Source: Escherichia virus TH58. From it: a DNA stretch of 64,000 nucleotides. The notes under the pieces are model-generated. The model saw nothing but the letters and a program-made list of their open reading frames with translations. It was not told the origin of the DNA and made no database searches. This document shows, one piece after another, positions 9,457 to 16,508 of this stretch. A program made the translations under genes and the position numbers. Within the stretch, counting starts at the first letter, position 1. Every line of letters begins with the position of its first letter. The stretch lies in sequence record MT446423.1; one strand, written 5' to 3'.

Positions 9457-9563
9457 AAAATGCACTTCTTATTGTACTAAGAACAATTTGCGATACAGGT
9501 TTTTACATCGCATGTTCGTTCACCGGAACATGGTTGGCTTTAACATATTTTAATGTAATTTAA
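9453..9563 (+). CDS. hydrophobic micro-ORF, 36 aa (MKNALLIVLRTICDTGFYIACSFTGTWLALTYFNVI)
   Basis: Not in ORF track; start overlaps previous micro-ORF stop (ATGA). Confidence 0.3.
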   Translation: MKNALLIVLRTICDTGFYIACSFTGTWLALTYFNVI

Positions 9564-9565
9564 TT

Positions 9566-9603
9566 GTTTACATCAAGGTAGGATTATGGTATAGTAGTCC
9601 TAC
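9566..9603 (+). promoter_or_regulatory. early-type promoter with -10 inside an inverted repeat
   Basis: GTTTAC 9566-9571, TGg-TATAGT 9587-9595, inverted repeat GTAGGATTA 9578-9586 / TAGTCCTAC 9595-9603 (one G-T position). Confidence 0.5.
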
Positions 9604-9623
9604 TGAAACATGAGGAACACAAA

Positions 9624-9824
9624 ATGGCTAAGCTTTTTAAAGATGTTGAAATTGGTGAAAAATTTGTTCTGAATAATGGTCAGCAGCTTATTCGTGTAGC
9701 TTCTATCGCCGGACAAACTCATAACTGTATCGCCCCAACGTGTTGGACTCGATTCTTTATTGAAGATGATACTGAATGTTTAACTGTTGAAGAGCTTTTT
9801 GAACGTTCTGATATGGCCGAATAA
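9624..9824 (+). CDS. hypothetical protein (66 aa)
   Basis: ORF track; RBS GAGGAA upstream. Confidence 0.55.
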   Translation: MAKLFKDVEIGEKFVLNNGQQLIRVASIAGQTHNCIAPTCWTRFFIEDDTECLTVEELFERSDMAE

Positions 9825-9827
9825 AAT

Positions 9828-9862
9828 TGTACAAACTCTTGAGAGCAGAGTATAATGCTCTC
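9828..9862 (+). promoter_or_regulatory. sigma70/early-type promoter with TATAAT inside inverted repeat GAGAGCA / TGCTCTC
   Basis: TTGTAC 9828-9833, TATAAT 9851-9856, 7-bp inverted repeat 9841-9847 / 9856-9862. Confidence 0.45.
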
Positions 9863-9900
9863 ATGGATTACAAAAACATTAATCAATTGAGGAAATTAGC

Positions 9901-10347
9901 ATGTCCAAATATTTAACTCGTAAAGACCTTCTGGCAGTTGGCGGTGAAGTTGTTGCAGTAGTTCGTAATGGCGAATACGGTTCTGAAGTTTCTAAAGAGT
10001 TTCGTTCTCGTGAAGGTTTTTACTTCTTTGTTAAAGGTTCATCTGATTGGCGTCAAGTAGCAGCACGATTCTTTGTAGGACGTCAACGTTCTAAACAAGG
10101 GTTGGATGCAATTCTTTCTCACATTCGTCAAGGCCGTTCGCAACTAGCCCGTACCATGGGCACTAACAATATTGAATATGATGTAATCTTTGTTGCAGCT
10201 AAGAACATGAAACCACTGACTACTGGTTATGGTAAAGGACAATTGGCTCTAGCATTCACTCGCAATCATACATCAGAATATCAAACACTCACTGAAATGA
10301 ACCGTCTTCTGGCAGATAATTTCAAATTCATTCTGCAGAGTTACTAA
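9901..10347 (+). CDS. ndd: nucleoid disruption protein Ndd
   Basis: 148 aa; strong match to recalled T4 Ndd ([40 protein letters not shown]). Confidence 0.92.
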   Translation: MSKYLTRKDLLAVGGEVVAVVRNGEYGSEVSKEFRSREGFYFFVKGSSDWRQVAARFFVGRQRSKQGLDAILSHIRQGRSQLARTMGTNNIEYDVIFVAAKNMKPLTTGYGKGQLALAFTRNHTSEYQTLTEMNRLLADNFKFILQSY

Positions 10348-10354
10348 TTTATAC

Positions 10355-10386
10355 GGGCCTATTAAGTTGGCCCTTTAATTTATTTT
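10355..10386 (+). terminator. terminator-like hairpin GGGCC-N9-GGCCC + T-rich tract
   Basis: Follows ndd stop; TTTAATTTATTTTTT downstream. Confidence 0.55.
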
Positions 10387-10400
10387 TTGAGGTAATTAAA

Positions 10401-10547
10401 ATGGTAACATGGATTATTGCATTGCTGTGTTGGACGTTTTTATTCGTTAACACTTTAGTTACAGGCGAAACAACAGTATTTCAACAGGCGGTGTCACAAG
10501 GTACTTTAGCGGTCTTAGCTCTTTTTAACGTATTAAAAGGCGAGTAA
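10401..10547 (+). CDS. small membrane protein, 48 aa (ac-like position)
   Basis: Not in ORF track; own translation MVTWIIALLCWTFLFVNTLVTGETTVFQQAVSQGTLAVLALFNVLKGE; RBS GAGG upstream. Confidence 0.4.
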   Translation: MVTWIIALLCWTFLFVNTLVTGETTVFQQAVSQGTLAVLALFNVLKGE

Positions 10548-10687
10548 TGATTAAGAAAATCTTAGCAGGAGCCTTCGGGCTCTTGTTGTTGCTTATGGTT
10601 CTGTACTATGGTGTGATGTTTGGACTAATCCAAGTAGTGCTTTTCATTTCAGATGTTATAATGACTATTCGTTCATTAATATGGTGA
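10547..10687 (+). CDS. small membrane protein, 46 aa
   Basis: Not in ORF track; MIKKILAGAFGLLLLLMVLYYGVMFGLIQVVLFISDVIMTIRSLIW; start overlaps previous stop (TAATG). Confidence 0.35.
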   Translation: MIKKILAGAFGLLLLLMVLYYGVMFGLIQVVLFISDVIMTIRSLIW

Positions 10688-10691
10688 AAAT

Positions 10692-12017
10692 ATGCAATTG
10701 AATTCTCGTAATCTAAAAAGTATTATTGATAACGAAGCCTTAGCATATGCTATGTACACCGTTGAAAACCGTGCAATCCCAAACATGATTGATGGATTTA
10801 AGCCGGTTCAACGTTTTGTAGTTCATCGTGCATTAGATTTGGCTCGTGGTAATAAAGAAAAATTTCATAAACTTGCGTCAATTGCAGGTGGTGTAGCAGA
10901 CCTTGGATATCATCATGGTGAAATCTCTGCGCAAGACGCAGGTGCTTTGATGGCTAATACTTGGAATAATAACTTTCCTCTGTTAGATGGTCAAGGAAAC
11001 TTTGGTTCTAGAACAGTCCAAAAAGCTGCAGCATCTCGTTATATTTTTGCTCGTGTAAGTAAAAATTTCTATAACGTATATAAAGATACTGAATATGCTC
11101 CAGCTCATGAAGATAAAGAACACGTTCCACCAAAATTCTATCTTCCTATTATTCCGACAGTTCTTTTGAATGGTGTCTCCGGTATTGCAACCGGTTATGC
11201 AACAAATATTCTGCCTCATAGTTTTAAATCGGTCAAAAAGGCGGTATTACAAGCTCTTCAAGGTAAAAATGTCACTAAGCCAAAAGTTGAATTCCCAGAA
11301 TTCCGTGGTGAAGTGCATGAAGTTGATGGGCGTTATGAGATTCACGGAACATACAAGTTCACATCTCGTACTCAAATGCAGATAACTGAAATCCCATATA
11401 AATTCGACCGTGAAACGTATGTGAGTAAGGTTCTTGACCCGTTGGAAGACAAAGGTCTAATCTCATGGGAAGATGATTGTGGTGAACACGGCTTTGGGTT
11501 TAAGGTGAAGTTCCGTAAAGAGTACTCGCTTCCTGATGATGAAGAGCTACGTCATGAAAAAATCATGAAAGATTTTAGTCTCATCGAACGTCGCTCACAA
11601 AACATCACAGTGATTAATGAAAAGGGTAAATTAGCGGTCTACGATAACGTAGTGGACTTAATCAAAGATTTTGTTGAAGTCCGTAAGACTTACGTTCAGA
11701 AACGTATTGACAACAAAATCCTTGAATCTGAAAAAGCATTTAAACTGGCTTTTGCTAAGGCACACTTCATCAAAAAAGTTATCAGTGGCGAAATTGTGAT
11801 TCAAGGCAAGACCCGTAAAGCTTTGACTGAAGAGCTAGCACAAATCGAAATGTACAAAGAACATGTCGATAAACTGGTGGGTCTTAACATCTTCCATATC
11901 ACTTCTGACGAAGCACGTAAACTGGCAGAAGAAGCTAAAGCTAAGAAAGAAGAAAATGAGTATTGGAAGTCTACTGATGTTGTGACAGAGTACACTAAAG
12001 ACTTGGAGGCGCTTTGA
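10692..12017 (+). CDS. 52: DNA topoisomerase II medium subunit (GyrA-like)
   Basis: 441 aa, same as T4 gp52; GyrA-type N-terminus (AMYTVENRAIP, GFKPVQR, HHGE). Confidence 0.93.
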   Translation: MQLNSRNLKSIIDNEALAYAMYTVENRAIPNMIDGFKPVQRFVVHRALDLARGNKEKFHKLASIAGGVADLGYHHGEISAQDAGALMANTWNNNFPLLDGQGNFGSRTVQKAAASRYIFARVSKNFYNVYKDTEYAPAHEDKEHVPPKFYLPIIPTVLLNGVSGIATGYATNILPHSFKSVKKAVLQALQGKNVTKPKVEFPEFRGEVHEVDGRYEIHGTYKFTSRTQMQITEIPYKFDRETYVSKVLDPLEDKGLISWEDDCGEHGFGFKVKFRKEYSLPDDEELRHEKIMKDFSLIERRSQNITVINEKGKLAVYDNVVDLIKDFVEVRKTYVQKRIDNKILESEKAFKLAFAKAHFIKKVISGEIVIQGKTRKALTEELAQIEMYKEHVDKLVGLNIFHITSDEARKLAEEAKAKKEENEYWKSTDVVTEYTKDLEAL

Positions 12018-12093
12018 GTGCCCTAGCCTTAGGATTTCTCGGTGCAATAGCTGCACTAGTGATTTGGCTGTATTGGTTAGACAAACATGATTA

Positions 12094-12120
12094 GGGAGCT
12101 TCGGCTCCCTTTTGTGCATT
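12094..12120 (+). terminator. rho-independent terminator (GGGAGCTTCGGCTCCC + T-rich)
   Basis: Perfect stem with UUCG loop, TTTTgTgcaTTTTTTT. Confidence 0.65.
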
Positions 12121-12136
12121 TTTTTCTCACAAAACA

Positions 12137-12165
12137 GTTTACATGTGCTTCAAACATGATATTAT
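12137..12165 (+). promoter_or_regulatory. T4 early-type promoter upstream of motA
   Basis: GTTTAC 12137-12142, TATTAT 12160-12165, spacer 17. Confidence 0.5.
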
Positions 12166-12204
12166 AGACCTATCAAAACAAAACAACCAAATTGGAGAAA
12201 TAAA

Positions 12205-12837
12205 ATGTCTAAAGTTACTTACATCATCAAAGCTTCTGAAAACGCTCTGAATGAAAAAACTGCTGCAATAATGGTTTATATCATTAAGAACAACTTCACC
12301 ACTGCTGCCAATGTCCGTGAAGCTCTGGAAGCAGAATACAATGCATCAGTTGTTAACTCTAACATTGGTGTATTGATTAAGAAAGGTTTAGTCGAAAAAT
12401 CAGGTGATGGACTTGTAGCAACAGGCGAAGCAATGGATATTATCCAAAAAGCCGCAGACCTCTTTGCCCAAGAAAATGCTCCAGAACTTCTTCAGAAACG
12501 TAACACCAGAAAAGCACGTGGAGTTACTCCTGAAATGCATGAATTAGCAAACTTTGTTTTTGAAAATATTAAAGATAAAGTTGAAGTTAAAGAAATTGGC
12601 GAAAACCGTAGTAACTTAGAAGTTCGATTTGCAAAACGAGTTCTAGGTATTCGCCAGATCGAAATTCGTCGAGATGGTTCTCTTAGAATCTTTGCGTACA
12701 ACATGTCAGAAACTGAATCAAAGCTGTTTACTTCTCTTGAAAATGATGTTAAGATTAAAATCGGTGGTAAATATACTTACATTGACTTCCCTAATGTGTC
12801 CAAAGAAATCATTACCCTTGTAACTAACGTACTGTGA
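12205..12837 (+). CDS. motA: middle-transcription activator MotA
   Basis: 210 aa; N-terminus MSKVTYIIKAS and NSNIGVLIKKGLVEKSGDGL match recalled T4 MotA. Confidence 0.93.
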   Translation: MSKVTYIIKASENALNEKTAAIMVYIIKNNFTTAANVREALEAEYNASVVNSNIGVLIKKGLVEKSGDGLVATGEAMDIIQKAADLFAQENAPELLQKRNTRKARGVTPEMHELANFVFENIKDKVEVKEIGENRSNLEVRFAKRVLGIRQIEIRRDGSLRIFAYNMSETESKLFTSLENDVKIKIGGKYTYIDFPNVSKEIITLVTNVL

Positions 12838-12847
12838 GGAATACATA

Positions 12848-13177
12848 ATGAATAAGCTGAATATTATTAACGAACTTCGTAAATGCGCAGAACCTACTCA
12901 GGAAGGATGGGATATTTGGTACCACGGAGCTTATCTTGGAACTATTGTAAAGATTAAGACTGGTAAATACATGATTATTCGTGAATGTAAAGATGCTCCA
13001 GTAGGTATTCGCAATAATTTCATGGCAGCGATAAGTTCCTTTACAGATTCAGCTTACGAAATTTACCTTGCTGATTATAAAGAATTCCAGGAATCTCAAC
13101 CAGTTATTCGCTCAATTGGTGTTAACAAAGCTCAACAGAAAACTTTGTGGCAACGTATTAAAGGATGGTTTAAATGA
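12848..13177 (+). CDS. hypothetical early protein (109 aa)
   Basis: ORF track; part of tightly packed small-ORF array. Confidence 0.55.
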   Translation: MNKLNIINELRKCAEPTQEGWDIWYHGAYLGTIVKIKTGKYMIIRECKDAPVGIRNNFMAAISSFTDSAYEIYLADYKEFQESQPVIRSIGVNKAQQKTLWQRIKGWFK

Positions 13178-13467
13178 ATATAAAGACAATCGAAGAGCAG
13201 TATAAAGATTACTCTAAGTTGGTTCATTCAGTAAAAACAATCAGCATTATTAATCTTCAGGTTAATAATTTAACTCTTAATTTTGGTAATGAACTGGCTA
13301 AATATTGTTGTATTATTAATACAAATCTAACACCAGTTGATATGTATGGTTCACGCCAAACTGCTGATATCAAGATTTCAGGTGAATCACTGAATGATGT
13401 ATTAGATACCGCCGCCAAGATTCGAGCTTTCTGTGCAGTTAACAATTATGAGGCCTTAATCAAATGA
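13174..13467 (+). CDS. hypothetical early protein (97 aa)
   Basis: ORF track; start overlaps upstream stop (ATGA). Confidence 0.55.
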   Translation: MNIKTIEEQYKDYSKLVHSVKTISIINLQVNNLTLNFGNELAKYCCIINTNLTPVDMYGSRQTADIKISGESLNDVLDTAAKIRAFCAVNNYEALIK

Positions 13468-13925
13468 AAACTTTTAAAGAGCGCCTTGAACTTTTAGACC
13501 AGGCTTTATCGCGTGAGACTCCTGAAAGCCTAGCAGCTAAATTACAGTCCTATGGTTATAATTATTCTGCTGATGATGTAATGAATGAAGTTCCTGAAAT
13601 CTGTTGGCAAACGTGCTATTGGAATAATGACCAAAAAGTTCAACGTGTTATAGTATGTGCAGCTAATAGGTTTAAATTGAAGAGTGGTGGAACTCTGGTT
13701 ATTCCTGGAGTTCGTCATTACTCTAAAGATATGGCTGAAGTACTTGATATAGTTGGTCCTCAATTAGTCTCGCAACAAGTTTGTGGTGACGACCAAGGCT
13801 TTATCGATCAATACTCTAATTACTGGACTCGTGAAGAAGCAATGATTATTGCAACGTATGCTGGACAGGTACGTATTGAACGTGGCGGAAGTGAGAAAGA
13901 ACTTTATTCAGAGGACCTTTATTAA
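13464..13925 (+). CDS. hypothetical early protein (153 aa)
   Basis: ORF track; start overlaps upstream stop (ATGA). Confidence 0.55.
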   Translation: MKTFKERLELLDQALSRETPESLAAKLQSYGYNYSADDVMNEVPEICWQTCYWNNDQKVQRVIVCAANRFKLKSGGTLVIPGVRHYSKDMAEVLDIVGPQLVSQQVCGDDQGFIDQYSNYWTREEAMIIATYAGQVRIERGGSEKELYSEDLY

Positions 13926-14206
13926 TGAATATTAAACAACTGCAGAAAGATGCTATTGAATCACGTATCCAAGATATCAAACGTCTTAATCATATGATGG
14001 AAGAAAACTATGGTATGTATGCTAATCAGCCTGGTTGGGATGCTTTAGACCATCCTTATTTGGTTAATTTATGTAAAGGTGATACGTTAGCAATTATTCG
14101 TGATGGGTTAAAACCTTTCTTGCGTGACATGTATATTAAAATGAACGAAGAAATTATTAGCTCGTTGCAATATCAATTAAGGAAATTAGATGATGAGAAT
14201 AATTGA
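13925..14206 (+). CDS. hypothetical early protein (93 aa)
   Basis: ORF track; TAATG overlap with upstream gene. Confidence 0.55.
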   Translation: MNIKQLQKDAIESRIQDIKRLNHMMEENYGMYANQPGWDALDHPYLVNLCKGDTLAIIRDGLKPFLRDMYIKMNEEIISSLQYQLRKLDDENN

Positions 14207-14408
14207 TTCTAAAGCAGATTATTTTAATTCTGTTAATGATAAGAATAAAGCTTTAATTCGTCACTTTATTACTGAGATGGGATATACCGACTCTAAAGAT
14301 TTGAAAGAGCACATTGTCGAATGTTCTGTGGCTAAAAAGTTTTCTTTCACAGACAAATGTTTAAACGAGGTTATAAATCATTATGAACAATCTTGTAGCA
14401 AAACATGA
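14190..14408 (+). CDS. hypothetical early protein (72 aa)
   Basis: ORF track. Confidence 0.5.
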   Translation: MMRIIDSKADYFNSVNDKNKALIRHFITEMGYTDSKDLKEHIVECSVAKKFSFTDKCLNEVINHYEQSCSKT

Positions 14409-14791
14409 TTTCAATAAGGCTTCCGTCCATAAGGACAAGAAGAAATCAGAACTTCAATCTAAACGTAAACAAAAACATAAGGGTAAAGACTATGCTTACT
14501 AAAATCAAAGAAAATCCTGCCACTGAACTTGTTATTCGATGTGAAGAACTTGCAGAGCTTTATCAGGTTAACCGAGAAGTGTATCGTAGTGTTGTTGCAG
14601 ATATGGCAGACGAAGTATGTTCTCGTATTCCTTTTAGTGTCGATTTCAATCACATGAAGCCTGGTGAAATCACTATCGTCTTTGGTTCTGACTATACTGA
14701 AGAACGGGCTCTTAATGCCCTAGAATATGAAATGTCATTCTTTGACATACAGGACTATATTGATAGTTATAAGGAACGATATGAGTCATAA
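14405..14791 (+). CDS. hypothetical acidic protein (start uncertain: 14405 or internal ATG 14492)
   Basis: ORF track; acidic composition after residue 30; lies near asiA where T4 carries arn, but identity not established. Confidence 0.45.
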   Translation: MISIRLPSIRTRRNQNFNLNVNKNIRVKTMLTKIKENPATELVIRCEELAELYQVNREVYRSVVADMADEVCSRIPFSVDFNHMKPGEITIVFGSDYTEERALNALEYEMSFFDIQDYIDSYKERYES

Positions 14792-14945
14792 TCTTCAGAA
14801 CGTAGTAGAGGCCGAACGTGAGCGTGAGGCTTTAGTCTATAATGAACTATTAGTTCCGTTCTTGGCCTTACACTCGTACGAACAAGAAGACTACATTGAT
14901 TACGTTAAAAGCGTAGAAAAAGCCGTTTACAATCAACACCGATAA
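14781..14945 (+). CDS. hypothetical small protein (54 aa)
   Basis: Track ORF 14727-14945 trimmed to ATG 14781 with AAGGAA RBS. Confidence 0.4.
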   Translation: MSHNLQNVVEAEREREALVYNELLVPFLALHSYEQEDYIDYVKSVEKAVYNQHR

Positions 14946-14988
14946 TGGTACTATATCCATATCAACTAAGTGGAATGAATAAAACGTT

Positions 14989-15261
14989 ATGAATAAAGAT
15001 ATTGAAATCGTGCGTGAAATTATTACTATTGCTTCTATTTTGATTAAATTCTCTAGGGAAGATATTGTTGAAGACCGAGCAAGTTTCATCGGATTCTTGA
15101 ATGAGATTGGAATTAAAAAAGATGGTCGGCAGCTAAATCAGAATTCGTTCAGAAAACTAATTACAAATTTAACTGCCGAAGAAAAGAAAACACTGATTAG
15201 TGAATTCAATGAAGGTTTTGAAAATATTTATCGTCATTTAGCGATGTATTCTAACAACTAA
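14989..15261 (+). CDS. asiA: anti-sigma70 factor AsiA
   Basis: 90 aa; near-identical to recalled T4 AsiA (VREIITIASILIKFSREDIVE, LNEIG, NQNSFRK). Confidence 0.93.
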   Translation: MNKDIEIVREIITIASILIKFSREDIVEDRASFIGFLNEIGIKKDGRQLNQNSFRKLITNLTAEEKKTLISEFNEGFENIYRHLAMYSNN

Positions 15262-15921
15262 TTATTTAGCCCTTCCTAGTATTCGGACCGCTTGGTTGCA
15301 TATAGCCGCTAAGCGATCCTCCTCAAGTATATTACTCCCCTTATACCAATACATCGTCACAGTTCCAGCATAGATGTTATCCAAATTAAAGTATGGGCAA
15401 CTATACATATAAGAAAGTTCGGCAGTCTTAGATTTTGTAGGCAAAAATGCAAATTCTGATTTAGATGAGAAATGACGGCCACTTAAATGAATTATATATT
15501 CATTAGCCGTTTTATCCACCGGGAATCCGCCAAGGGACTTTTCAGAAATTGTGCTAGGTAGTTTGCCTTCATAAGCTATAAGGTCGACGAAATAATTTAA
15601 GTTTTTAGGTCTGAAAGAATACACAGCACTAAAATCTGCACCAGATGAGATATGAACTATTTGCAGTTGTTCTAGAGCCGCAGATTCAAAACGTAAAGCT
15701 CGTTCTTTTTGGATTACTTCAGTATAAGTATCATACTTAGCTCTTACATAATAATCCAGCAAAATACTTCCTTTGTACCATATTAGTGCCATTAGGAACA
15801 AAAGAATAATTACCGCTACTCGGGATATTAAGACTTTCCCAGTAGCGTTATCTTTGAAAATACGATCTAGCAACCCAAATAGAATATCACTAGGCGAAAA
15901 TGATACTTTTGGTGTTGCCAT
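15262..15921 (-). CDS. t: holin T (lysis inhibition-sensitive)
   Basis: 219 aa; matches recalled T4 T (SFSPSDILFG, FKDNATGKVL, SAVYSFRPKNLNYFVD). Confidence 0.93.
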   Translation of the reverse strand: MATPKVSFSPSDILFGLLDRIFKDNATGKVLISRVAVIILLFLMALIWYKGSILLDYYVRAKYDTYTEVIQKERALRFESAALEQLQIVHISSGADFSAVYSFRPKNLNYFVDLIAYEGKLPSTISEKSLGGFPVDKTANEYIIHLSGRHFSSKSEFAFLPTKSKTAELSYMYSCPYFNLDNIYAGTVTMYWYKGSNILEEDRLAAICNQAVRILGRAK

Positions 15922-15930
15922 AATACCTCC

Positions 15931-16482
15931 TCACTTAAAGATATTTATAATCGCTTTAATAATAGATTTGTTTTCAAGGTCAGGGAATTTAGGGAACTCG
16001 CCGCCAAGATGCTTGTGTTTTTCTAAAAGGGCAAAGAATTTTTTGAGCTCTTTAAATTTTTGTTTTTCTTCTCTATTAGCAACCTCAGCATCAATAAGAG
16101 AACTTAAAACACTGAATAATTTATAGAGTTCACGAATTTTCTTATCGCGTTGAACTGTGCGCTTATACACTTCATCTTCCTTCCATCCGTTGCCTGTCCA
16201 AAGGTCAAATTCACCCGGTTCTTCTGTGGTGACATTTTGAAGAGGGCCCAGAGTGTCAATAACAATTTTTTGCTTATCATAAGTCCATACTGTTTTTCCA
16301 CGATGGTCTTCGATGTATTCCCAGTCCTTTTCACGTTCATTAAAAATAACAGCGTATCCATCTTTAGGTTCTAAAGGTGGTATTTCCGAGGAGTGTGCCG
16401 GTAATCCTAATCCCGGGATTACCGTATGGTCGGTTTCTTTATAAAATTCAAATGTGTCATAATAATAGTGATAAATTTTCAT
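15931..16482 (-). CDS. 38: long tail fiber assembly protein gp38 (T4-type)
   Basis: 183 aa; MKIYHYY N-terminus and GLGLPAHS, DHRGK, FFALLEKH..HLGGEFP motifs as in T4 gp38. Confidence 0.92.
   Translation of the reverse strand: MKIYHYYYDTFEFYKETDHTVIPGLGLPAHSSEIPPLEPKDGYAVIFNEREKDWEYIEDHRGKTVWTYDKQKIVIDTLGPLQNVTTEEPGEFDLWTGNGWKEDEVYKRTVQRDKKIRELYKLFSVLSSLIDAEVANREEKQKFKELKKFFALLEKHKHLGGEFPKFPDLENKSIIKAIINIFK
15943..15950 (-). promoter_or_regulatory. late promoter TATAAATA for t, inside 3' end of gene 38
   Basis: Reverse complement of TATTTATA at 15943-15950, about 22 nt upstream of t start. Confidence 0.5.
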
Positions 16483-16508
16483 AATTAAAGGGGCTAACGC
16501 CCCTCTCC

